Source of the DNA: Alloascoidea hylecoeti
Taxonomy: Eukaryota
NCBI GenBank assembly: GCA_001600815.1
Contig: BCKZ01000001.1
Location: 1,645,389 to 1,709,388 of the forward strand
Direction of reading: 5' to 3'
Length of the DNA: 64,000 bases
A model generated the notes under the pieces. That model did not search any database. It had not been told where the DNA came from and was given only the letters and a program-made list of their open reading frames with translations. Of the stretch, positions 21,766 to 34,200 are shown one piece after another. The translations under genes were made by a program, and so were the position numbers. The first letter of the stretch is position 1, and each line of letters opens with the position of its first letter.

Positions 21766-23784
21766 TTAAATGTCTTTTTCCAGACCATTTTTAATTTTAC
21801 CTTTTAAATGTATATCCATTCCTTCACTAATACCCATTGAATATAATGAATCTGAAGAAGGGCCGATACCACCTTCCGATTTCATATTACACATTAAGTC
21901 CTTCATTTTGTTAATTATAGTTTCTGCATCTGATGAATTCACATCCTGTAATAAACCTGCTTTAACCATATCATTATAAATAGTACTGATTTCTGGTAAT
22001 TCACCATCAAGATCATCTAGATCAGGTAAATCAAAGTTTTTATCATTATAAGATCGATTGGCATTTTCATTGTGTATATTTTTCCTTCCGTTAATATTGT
22101 GGTTTGTATGTTTAATTTCGTCATCTTGACTGTCATTTTCATCTTCATTGTCCGTTGAACCTGATGTTTCAGATGATTCTTGTGATGCTTTAGGTTCCTG
22201 ATACATTTCTGATCGATATTGATCAAGATCTTCTTGAGGAATATTTAATTCCTTGGTTAAGAAATATTCAAAAAAATCATCTGGTGTAATTTCATCATCT
22301 TCTTCATTATTATTATTCTCATTTTCATCATCATCACTACTACTTTTATTCAAATCTTCATCATTAAAATCAATTCCTTCAAACTCTTTTGTGATATGTT
22401 CAAAAAATTTCCCGAAAAGTTCTGGTTGTTTCTTATTTTCTCCTCCATTATTATTATCTTCTTCCTCTTTTAATCCTTCTATTTCTTCTTGTTGCTTTAT
22501 TCTTGCAAGTTTTATACCTTCTTCGTCCCATTTACCTAATTTTTCTAATTCTTCCTTTAATTGATTTCTGTCATTATTTTCTTTAATTTCATCATTATTT
22601 ATAATTTTACTATTGTTTTTTAAATCACGTTCGATATCTTGTAATAAATCAATACCATAAGTTATGCAAATACCAAGTTTGGTTGCATCATCATCATAAG
22701 CACTTACTATTTGTTGATAATCTGATTTATTACTAGATATCATCATATTCGTTATTGTTTTCATTATTAGGCTATTATTAATTATCTCTTCTAGCTTTGA
22801 AATTTTATAGATTGGAATATTAAGTTTTAAATCAACTAAATCACTATAATTGAAGTGTTTTAGTTTAACATTTTTTTGAGATGATAGTGATGATAAAGAT
22901 GATATTGAAATATTATTTGATAATTCATTAATAATTAAACCTATTAAAGATTTTGAATTTTGAATTAAAATACTTGCAATTTCTCTTGGAATTTTTAAAA
23001 TTATTGATGATAATGATGAAATTGCATAAGATGGATAATAATTGATTTGATTTGTTTTAATTAAATTTGTTATATCTAAATTTGTTTCAAGTTTAAATGG
23101 ATATTTATCAAGAAATTTAATTGCTTTTTTAATTGATAAATTACCATCATCATAAAATTTTGTTGGAATTAATACAATATTTCGATTTCTTACCCAAACC
23201 TAATTGTAAGAAGAAGTTAATGTCAGTACAATTTAGTATAGTATAATATGGTGGAAATTTAAATAGAATCTTACCCTATTTTTCACTAAACTTGAATCCA
23301 TTAATGATTCTGGTAACACATCAACAGCTTCAATCAGCAGCACTTCATCTCCAGCATCCAATATCCTAAAAAATGAAGATGAAAAGTTAGATGGAACAAA
23401 CAAATAAAATAATTAATAAACCAATGAATCAACAATTTAATTCAATTCAATTACTTACTGTATAAAAACATCATCTTTGTTATTCGTTAAATTGAATAAA
23501 ATTGATATAACTAACCATTCATCAACTAACGATATCCCATATTCTAATGATAATTTGATTGCTTTAAAGTTATCACTATTATCTTCGTCATCGTCAATTG
23601 TATCATTTTTAACATCAATGATTGTAATAATAGGTTTTCCCAAGTCCCAGACATAATGTAATAAATATGGTTCTAATTGTTTCGATAATTCACCATATAA
23701 ATCATGTAATTTTTTCAATTGGATTTCTGATGTTTCAACAGGATTCCGATATAATATTAACGCGCTTAGAGTATCAAGATCCAT
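21766..23784 (-). CDS. Ecdysoneless/SGT1-family protein; exons 23784-23459, 23365-23275, 23199-21766
   Basis: Splicing (GTAAGT...TAG; GTAAGA...TAG) gives YVW...YG...DEWLVISIL...DEVLLIEA.DVLP...KNRVWV, an acidic middle and a C-terminal GGIGPSSDSLYSMG, typical of the ECD family. Confidence 0.8.
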
Positions 23785-24489
23785 TTCTGGAATTATCAAT
23801 ATAAATAATACAAATAAATGATAACTATAATAAGTTATGGGTTTATCATGTTGGTTAAATAATGAAAATGAAAATTGCAGATGTGCAAACACCCATTCAC
23901 ATAAGTTATATGATGCATTTTTAGGTAGAATGGAAAATTCACCAAAAACTAAAGCAAGTCCATTATTCAGTATTAATACCTATTAATAGAACTTAAGAGA
24001 TGTGTGGAATTTTGAAAATGAGTAATGAGAATTTATACGTTTGAAGCATTTGTCAGTTTAATTTCATGATCATATTTTAGAGATTCATTACTTATTTTTT
24101 TGAAATAGACGAAGTCTAGACAGTACGTATTTATATATATGTATTTCAAGATTTAGAAAAATTACAATGATATGCTTGATGAAAAGTATTAATGTAGCTC
24201 CTTATCTTTATACTAATAATTGCAAAATTATTGTATACTATAAACATAATATAATATAGGTGTAGACCCAAAATCGAAAATATATCATTAGCCTGACTGG
24301 TATCCCTGCATCGACCTTTTAACTATAAACTTCATATCAATTGCAATCGCTCTTTTTTTATTGCCATATATAGGGCCAATTAGTAAGCCAGAGCGCTCCA
24401 GTAAAAAGACCAGCTTGTATAGTAGACCTTTTAATTGAAAAGTAAATAATTTATACTGTATAGCACAAAACAAAAATCATAATCAAAAC

Positions 24490-25221
24490 CTAGACATTAT
24501 TTGTATTACCATGATATGGCGTAGGAGCAACATTGTTTGGAACAATATTATTATTGTTATTGTTATCATTATTATTGCTGTTATTGGGATTGTTATCCAT
24601 TGGACCAAAAATGGGACCATTATTGTTATTGTTATCCAAAGACTCCTGTTGTTTGTTTGTATAAAGTTTAATAGCATCAATTATAATTAAAAGACCCAAA
24701 AGAAACCCTAACGTAATTAATAAACCAGCTATAACGTTACCCATTCTACAAGTACTATTAACCGTACTTAATGAATACCAACTATTATTTGAAAGAATCT
24801 TTTTTGTTTTTTTACAGCTATAGTTGTAAAAGTAAATCGCTAATAAAATGCCAGCTATAAAAGTATCTAGACAGTTAATTACATCAACAACTAATGGTAA
24901 GATTGGATGTATTCTTGATCTTAAAACAATGAATATAAAACAAAAGACTGCACCTAGTAATGCTAAGATTGCTGCAATGGTTCTTTATATAAATATTCCT
25001 GATTAATATACTTTTTCTCATGATCAGTATTTAATGAATACATACCCGTAAATTATTTGGTAATTGGTGAAATCAACAAGAACACGGCAACAAAGACCAA
25101 TTGCAGTTATAGACAAAATAAATTGAAGTATTCTTAACAGAGTTTCAGCGGCAAGGAATATTTTTCTTCTAATATTAAGTGATTGTGCGTGAAGATCATT
25201 GACGTTAAGATTATTTGACAT
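24490..25221 (-). CDS. MARVEL-domain four-TM protein (Nce102/Fhn1-like); exons 25221-25046, 24982-24490
   Basis: LLRILQFILSITAIGL N-terminal motif, four hydrophobic helices, C...TCR loop. Requires a GTATGT...AAG intron. Confidence 0.7.
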
Positions 25222-25621
25222 TATATTATATTTATTGATCCTTTTAAATTGATTCAAATTGAAGATTCAGAATAATGAAAAAGAAGAAAATTGGAAGAAG
25301 AGATTTATATTTATATGTATTTATATCTATATACACATTCTCTTTTAAATTGAAAACTTCCCAAGTTGGAATTTCCAGCTCATTTCGAAGTTGTGTGCAG
25401 ATCGTATGTTCCTAGCTAGCTTTATATATGTAAATCAAATCCTTTTTGGGTAACCTCCCATGTACGAGCATGCGTGCCGAATACTGAGTACTCCACATGG
25501 CCGGAATTAAGTGTAACACTGTAATAGAAACACCATCATATTATGCATCAATCTATCTATAGGCTATAACTATGTCAATTTTTTTTAATTATGTTATATG
25601 AATATACATATACATTGGGAA

Positions 25622-27857
25622 TTATCTAAGGAATTTACGAAGTCCATGTTTCTTCTTCTTTTCTTTCTTAGGTTCTGGAACAGAAGCAGTAGATGGGGCA
25701 GTTGACAAAGGTTTTACTTGTTGAACAACAGGAGCCGATTGTGCTTGTCCTTGAGGTCTAGTCTGTGGTCTTGATTGAGGAAGAGGATCCGGCTGTAATA
25801 AATAACTTGGAGGGGCATCTGGTTTTAAATTATCATAATCAAGACCTAATTTACGTCTATCAACGGTTAAACCATAAACTGAATTTATAAAACCTTCAGG
25901 ATTTATTATTTCACTACCACCATAATAAACGTCACGATCATATTGTTTTTCTAATTCATAAGCAGATCGCATTTCTGAATATGTAATACCTCCACTAACA
26001 AATAAGAAAATTCTTTGTCTTGGAGCAGAAGATGTTGTATTTTTAGACCAAGCAGCACGATGTTTTTGATTTCGTAAAGAACCACCATTTCCTAGATCAT
26101 CATCTTGGCCATCTATGACAGGTTTATCTTTAACATAAGGAAATAAAGCATCACTTAATTTACCGTTAATAGCCTGTGAAACCAAAGATTTCATTGATGG
26201 AATAAAACGAGAAGTATTATAAGCTCCTTCACCTTCTAATTCATGATAAACCATATTTTTGGGTGGTTTTGTTTTTAAATCTTGTTTTATTGGTTTTAAA
26301 CCAATTTTATTGAAATTGTTTAAAACAGTGAAAAAAAAATCATGTTTATCAATATTTGAATGACTCATTAATTTTTCAAAATCTTCTTTAATAATTCCAC
26401 CACGATAAATAGAATATATTAAAATAAGTCTAAATTTATCATAAATGGAACTCTCATTAGATGCTAATAATTGAATAATATCATCAATTAATGTTTTACA
26501 AGCATCACCGTCTATTGTAATTCCATCAGCAATACAAATTTGTTCTAATTCTGCAATTTCTGATAAGTGTCTCTGTTGGTTTATATTTAGACATTGTTCT
26601 ATAAGTGTTTTATGCAACGTAACACGTCTTCTATCTTCATCAAAATCTTTCAAATGAGCAACAATGTGCAATAAATCAGATGCAGATTTGGCTTCATTTC
26701 TATCTACCATGACAGAATTATTTGAAATCAATTCATTAATACGGTTAGTTATTGCTTGAGAAGCATCCGCTATATGAAGATGACGCATAGATACCCATTC
26801 AATATCATCATCAGATAGTGACCCTTCTCTTTTCAATGACATTCCTTTTTCATCCAAAGCACTATATCTATAAATTCCATCATCTTTAAAAGGAACAACA
26901 TCATATGCCATTGCTTGGTATGTGAATTCATGTAAAATTGGAGAATATAGATCTAAAGTTCTATCAGTAACTAAGAAAATAGATCTAGGGCGAGATGAGG
27001 CAGGCTGGAAATCATCATTATCACGAGCATAAGCATCCAATTGATATTGAAATGCTTCAGCAATCATTTTTGGTAGTATAAAAGCTTCAAAAGATTTATT
27101 TGGATTATCAAAATATCTAATGATTGGGTATTCTCCAGTAACAGCACAAACGCCTACCAGACTTGCAGCTGTTTCACTTACCAAACGATTAATTAAGTCC
27201 ATACATTCCGAATTATAAAACATTTCAAGAGATTTTTTCTTGTTTATGTGGAATATATTTGATTCAAAGGGGACGAAATCGATTTGTAAAGTTTTAATGG
27301 ATTTTATAGCATGAGATTGTTGTATTTTAGCCATTGAATCTTTAGCTATACCAGGAAGAAGAAAGACGTTATAAGTTTTATATCTGCCTATTTTAAGGTC
27401 AGCCAGAAGACAGTTTACATTGAATCTCGTAGGGTCCAGAATATAAATGGCATCAAAGGAACGTTGCTGTTTTCTCCTAGAATTTATCTTTTCAACGGCT
27501 ACAAAACGCTATTAGGAAGAGTAAAAGGACGTAAGTGTAAGATGTGGAAGAACATACCGGAAACCTGCCTTAGGAGTTCTGTCTCGGGAATAAGGTTTTT
27601 GACGAGTTTGTCTGTTTTTTCATCCAGAATTAAGTATTTAAGCTACATTTCCATAAATATGATAAATGTTAGGGCCCACCCATAATGAGAAAGAATAATG
27701 GCAGCACATACATAATTTTGGGCCTGAACGGATTGAATAGCAGACACGATGCCTATGAAATGTGAGGGTTAGAGTTGAGAGGAGTGGCATGGCGATAAAC
27801 AGGACAAACATGGCAATACTTACTGGATTTCTGCAACTCCCGCAAGGAGATGGGCAT
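25622..27857 (-). CDS. SEC1: SM protein Sec1; exons 27857-27824, 27752-27712, 27642-27558, 27498-25622
   Basis: Three canonical-donor introns give MPISLRELQKS...KYLILD...DAIYILDP. Body has GEYPIIRY, DRTLD..SPILHEFTYQAMAYD, RHLHI and GGITYSEMRSAYEL. Confidence 0.93.
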
Positions 27858-27957
27858 TTTTGCAGGAATAGAGTAAACACAGTTTTTTGAGGACGAAGAA
27901 TGTACCACTTGTTTGGACTAATGTCTGCTTGGCGCTTACCCGGCCTCCCATCAGCAG

Positions 27958-27965
27958 TATAAATA
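27958..27965 (+). promoter_or_regulatory. TATA box of the U2-like gene
   Basis: TATAAATA begins about 27 nt upstream of the inferred 5' end of the U2-like RNA. Confidence 0.6.
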
Positions 27966-27984
27966 GCACAGGTCCCACTCCTCC

Positions 27985-28160
27985 AAAGCTCCTTCCTTCT
28001 GGCTTAGATCAAGTGTAGTGTCTGTTCTTTTCTGGAATGGTACCATCGGTGCCCACTTTATGTTGCTCTTATTTTTGGACCCGGCGGTCGAGTCCCCCAG
28101 ACTTGCCTATGGCCCGTGGCACGGTGTCGATGCTGCTGCACCCCAGGCAGTTGACGCGGA
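27985..28160 (+). ncRNA. Divergent U2 snRNA (variant or paralog); ends approximate
   Basis: TGGCTTAGATCAAGTGTAGTGTCTGTTCTTTTC (28000-28032) matches the fungal U2 core except A>G at 28020. Sm site ATTTTTG at 28071-28077. 3' stems GAGTC/GACTT and GTGTCGA...CTGCAC...TTGACGC. Confidence 0.85.
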
Positions 28161-28384
28161 TCCCCTTTAGTTATGTCTCTCGGTAGGCTTATCCAAAGGA
28201 GAACTTGCCCTTTTATTTCGTATCAGTGCTAGTATTCTGTGCTTGTGTAGGTTCCATGTAAGATAAGGCACCAGGATGTACGGAGATCGTGTGCTCTTGT
28301 GTGATGCTGACGTTGTACGGACTTCTCCTGTGGTGTGGACCTCCTACGGACTGACTTCTCCTTGTTTCCATTTACAACTACAAC

Positions 28385-30485
28385 ATGTCCCTCCAGAATG
28401 AAAACAAACTATCTGCCCTTCGTAGAGTAATGAAGGAGCGTGATATCTCCGTTTATAGTATGATTAGATAATTGTCGAAATACACGCTTGAAATTTTTAT
28501 GTCTAACTATGAATTTTAGTTGTTCCTTCGGAGGATGAACATCAGAGTGAATATACCAGCCCAGCTGATCAAAGAAGAGAATTTATCTCAGGCATGTGAA
28601 TCATTACTTTATTAATATATTTCTTTTATTCTATTTACTTACCTCTTCCTATTCAGGTTTTACTGGTTCTGCTGGAATTGCCATCATCACCATTGATGAA
28701 GCCGCTTTATCAACTGATGGTCGATATTTCCTTCAAGCAAGCAAACAACTAGGTGACGATTGGCGTTTAATTAAACAAGGTGTCAAAGGAGAGCCTAATT
28801 GGAAGAATTTTGCCGTTGATAAAGCAATTGAAATCTCTCGATCACAATTAGTTGAAAAAAAATCTGTAAAAATTGGTGTTGATCCGACTTTAATTACCGA
28901 TTCTAACGCAAATGGGTTGAAAAAACTAATACAAAATAAAATATCTGCTATTAATTCAGTTTCTGATAATGATAATGAAAATAATATTATTGATGTTCAA
29001 CTGTTCCCCCTGACTGAAAACCTAATCGATTTAATATGGAATCAATTTGAGGAAAAACCAAACAGACCATTAGATCAAATCTTCATTCAAGGCTTGAAAT
29101 ATACAGGTCTTGATTTTGATCGTAAAATAGAAAAAGTAAGAGAAGAATTGACAACGCTTAATGGTTTATGTTTTGTTGTTACTGCTCTTGATGAAATTGC
29201 ATGGCTATTTAATTTAAGGGGTGCTGATATTCCATATAATCCAGTGTTTTTTTCATATGCTTTAATTACACCGACAAAAGTAATATTATATATAAATGAT
29301 GTTAAAGTTCCAAATGATGTTAAGGAATTATTATTATCATTTGAGGGATTTGAAATTAAAGATTATAATCAAATATGGAATGATGCTAAAGAATTAAGGA
29401 GTAAAATCGTTGAATTAAGATCTAATTCAATTAAATCATCATCTCTTGAATCACAAGAAGTTAGGGGGAAATCTCTATTCCTTGCTTCAACAACTGCTTC
29501 CTGGGAATTAGTGAATGCTTTTGGAGAAGAAAATGTTCAACTTATTTCTTCCCCTGTGGAAATATTAAAAGGTCAAAAGGATGAAGTTGAAATTCAAGGA
29601 CAGAAAAATGCACATATTAAGGATGGCGTTGCACTTGTGAGGTATTTCTCTTGGCTTGAACAACAGTTAAACAATGGCGCTACATTAGATGAAGTCGAAG
29701 CAGCTGATAAATCAACTGAATTTAGACAACAAATGGAAGACTTTGTTGGACTTAGTTTTGATACAATCTCTTCAACAGGTAAAAACGCTGCAATTATTCA
29801 TTATTCTCCCATTAAAGGACAATGCTCTATCATTGATTCTAATGAAATATATTTGAATGATACTGGTGCACAGTATCGGGATGGAACAACTGATACAACA
29901 CGAACTCTTCATTTTGGAACACCAAAAGAAAATGAAATACATGCCTACACTTTAGTTCTAAAAGGTCATATTGCGGTTGCTACTGCAGTGTTCCCAGAAG
30001 GTGCAAATGGGTATATGTTAGATACATTAGCAAGACAATATTTATGGTCTGAAGGTCTCGATTATAGACATGGAACAGGTCATGGTGTAGGTTCATTCCT
30101 AAATGTTCATGAGGGTCCATTCGGTATAGGAAGTGGCTCTACATATAGTAAAGTACCTCTTAAGATTGGAAATGTTTGTTCGAACGAACCAGGATATTAT
30201 GAAGATGGGAAATTTGGAATTAGAATTGAAAGTATAGTAGTTGTGACAGAAGCAAAGACACCTAATCATTTTGAAGGTAAGAAGTTTCTTCAATTTGAAA
30301 CAATCACGATGGTTCCCTTATGTCGCAAGTTAATTGATATTAAGTTATTGACTCAGAAAGAGATCGATTGGATTGATGAATATCACAAGAAAGTTTATTA
30401 TACAATCGAGAAATATTTTGGAAAGGATGAAATTGCTTTTGCATGGTTGAAAAGAGAGACAGCCCCATTGGAAGTGAATAAATAA
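28385..30485 (+). CDS. FRA1: Aminopeptidase P (Fra1/XPNPEP1, M24B); exons 28385-28457, 28520-28591, 28657-30485
   Basis: Splicing restores YIVPSEDEHQSEY...RREFISGFTGSAG. Metal ligands in DTGAQY.DGTTD, HGTGHGVG...VHEGP, NEPGYY and GIRIE. Confidence 0.92.
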
Positions 30486-31240
30486 TTAAATCAATAAGAC
30501 TAGTAAACACTAATTAAAAATTGATTTAAATAGCACTCGAGACATTTCGTAGTATCAAAACTAATAAAGAATCTAAATAATTTCACATTGACATATAAGA
30601 AAAGTTTTAAACAATATAGGATAACTACAATTTTAAACGTTTTACTAAATCTTTCATAAGCTTGGAATGCTATGTTACCAATTGCTCAAAACATTTGCAG
30701 TCTGTAACCGAGGTTAACCCTTTAAATATCATTTACCCATTTTTCATATTCATGATCATACAGTCTAAAACTACGATTCTCGTTTAACATTCATTCCACT
30801 AGTCCTTATTAAGTAATGCTGGCACACTTAGACCTTTACAATCTGATATATACGTACAAGATTAATTCTTCATATATTTGACCTAAATCCCCAACAGATA
30901 CTTTGGCTGAGGTTTTGTAAACAGTATAATGTTTATATGATAGTTTAAATTCTGTCAACATGGTACTTCTAGATCTTAGATATAATGATAACTTGGATAT
31001 AGAGCGAGTTGGGAGTTAGGAACTCACATACAATGTAATTTGTATTCGTATCACAAACAAGTCAAAAATATAACAATTAGATTAATTACAGGCATATATA
31101 TATGTATAAGTATAGAATCTTTTATGCACTTTATACTATAACAAGAGTGTATAGATAAACAAAAATATCAAAAACAAAATAAAAAATACAAAAACCACTA
31201 GGAACCAAAATTAATTAAGTCAATTTTAACTTCATAATAT

Positions 31241-34200
31241 TTAAGCAAATGTGTTAACAATTCTCCTAGAGAATGTTATAAAATGAATAATTTGTTCTGT
31301 TAACAGTTTATGATCAAATGAATCCATAGATTTAACATTCAATTTAGTAAGTCTATATTCATTGATGAGCGAAGATAACTGTTTCTTCATATCATCCTTT
31401 CGATTAGCGTCAAATGATGGATGTGTAAGAATGTCTGTAGCAAAATCTTGACTGGCTTGAACTAATGATAATGATGGAGAGTGGTCGCAAATATCCTGTA
31501 ATTTCTTATTCAGGCAAACGTAAGTTAGAAATTTAGGTCTTGGTGCGCTGTCATCTAATGTAATAAAAGATCTAAAGAATTTGAGCAGAACAGAATCCTC
31601 ACAATTAGGCTCACTCAACAATAATGACACCATAAACAATACTATAGCGGATTGGTCGGTATCAGTCTTGAAGTATTCAACTAAGATGGCTGGTACGGCT
31701 AATCCATATCCAATAGGTATTAGCTTTGTTTCATCGTATAACCCACGCAAAAACTTCTTTTTCTCTTTGTGTGATCTGGAATAGATAAACAAAAATACCA
31801 TATAAATAGCAGGTAAAAGGATAAATTCTTGACTATTTGAAAGTTCGTTAAAATGTATTTCCTTATAAATCTTACTGTTTTTAGCACAGATATCCATTAT
31901 AGTTTCCATTACTGACAAAGTAGCATGTCTAGTACTGGCAACATGAATACCTTTTAACAATTGTGATACAATGTAAATGTGAAACTGTGATGGATTATAT
32001 TGGATATCTAAAATTTTATCCATTTCAACGTAGTTTGCTCCCAATCTGTTTCGCTCTTTAGTTAAATAACCAACTACATCTCCATCGGGGAATCGGTTAT
32101 ATTCATCTAATTTTTCAAGAGTTTTTGCCATGAGTTGAATACCACCGAGATAAATACTGACATAAGAAAATTGGGAACAAGCGGCCCCTAACCAAAACAT
32201 AACACCGAACCATGGTGAATTAGAAGGAATGGAATCCATAAGTTTTGTAGAACAGTACAATAAACAGGTATTCAATTCTGCCGTTTCGTCATCACCAATA
32301 GCATCAGTAGAAACTGTTCTTGACATAAGTTTAAGTAATTTAGAAATTAAAAGTTCAGCACTTTGACCTTTGGCTAACAAACCTAACATAATAAGAGCCC
32401 TTCCACGAACAAGAGAGGCCTTCTTAAAACAAGCATCAGCTACCATAGAGAGCCATTGATCTGTCCAAGATTTTTTTTCGTTTTCATCGGCAATTATTTC
32501 AATAAATTGAAGTATACTTTCGGCCATGAATTCTAAGCCCGCCATAACCTCAGGGCCTGTTGTCATTTTCTTAAGATCATCATTTGTTTTGTTCAAGCCG
32601 AAAACTAGTTTTGCACGGCTACCACAGATTCTCTCGATGATGAGATTCAATTTGTTATAATCCTCAACAGATAAATTAGGTGTACTTGTATAAGTATGAA
32701 CAGAGTTTAGTATTAACTCATGCAAATATGAACGAAATTCATAAGGACCAATATCTATAAAGACAGAACAAATAAAACAAATATCAGGTACAAAAGCCCT
32801 TGTGAACTTCAAAGAGTCAAAAAATAGAGCAATACAAGCCTTCACGAGTACAGTAAGTTCTAGCCAATTACCTTGTACATGTGATATCAATGCTGCACTA
32901 GTTTCGAGTGGAACGGTGGCAGTTGCTCTTAATCGGTTAATGACTTTACTACACAATTCCAACGTAGGGGCAATTGTCAACAGTGATAAAACTTCCTCAC
33001 AGTTTCCTCCTTCACTCTTCCTATCTATTGCAGCCTCAATAATTTCTTCTACCAATAGGTCACCTAATTCCACCGTAGAACAGATAGGTTCCCAGATAAG
33101 TCTATGAAAAATTGCAACTTGTTCAGGATATAAAACAGTTAATTTAATCAATTTCCTTATTAAATCTCTAGTTCTTCGCTTTCCTCTTTTATCATCTGCA
33201 AGATAAACATATTTGTAGATATTTTTTACCCACTCTGATAAGATAACAATAAGATCACCACGCTGATCAGGCTCAGAATTAACATACGGTAAACTGAATG
33301 CTTTAATGAAATCCTTTGTCATTTGAGGATGATAGGTGGCAATAGTATTGGAAACCTCCTGACAAAATTTGACATTATGCTTTGGAAAGAATATTCCTTT
33401 TCTTACTACCTGTGATCTTCCAGTAGATATGTTGAATAAAGAAACAGCTGCACATCCTAAGCCATAAGCTTCTGACCTGATCTCATTTAACCCACAGGTC
33501 ATACCAGAAAAAGCCATTGTTACAAAAGTAGCAGACACATCCTTAATAGAATGAACAGTCATTTCACTGACTGATGTTGAAGAAGAATGTTCGCTATATT
33601 TTGCAATCATGTTGTTGATAGAACGAATGATATCTGACCGACTTTCACTGAATAAAGTAAATTCTGTTCCATCATCAAGGAGAACGGCAAATTCATTTTC
33701 TATGGTCGTATTTTTTGAAATATATGCCTTTTTGATATCTACAACGTGGTAGACATTCAATGGCCTTACATACCTTGTTCTTCCACCACAATCAATCATA
33801 ACCGGATTAAGCTTGCATACCTGAACATATTCTTGACCAATTCTCATCTCTGCTGGATCTTCATAATCTCCCTCCTCCATGTAAATGGTAACATTATTAT
33901 ACTCTACTCTACTATCTTTAATGATTCTTTTTGATAATCGAGACAAACCAAAAGGCGGTTCTTTCATACCTTCGGTCTCGTAAAACGAAGATTCAAAATT
34001 CCAAGGAATAGTATAAGGATTGAATATTGAAGAGGCACCAGCTGAAAAAGTATCAGCAAGAATTTTGATATAGGGTAACAAAGCGGAGGAAACGTTATAG
34101 AAATAAGCTCCTATACATGTTTTGAGACTGGGAGGAAATAGACGATCCACGTTTTGGATGAATTCCAATGGAACAGAATTATTCGATGAAAACCCAGTAC

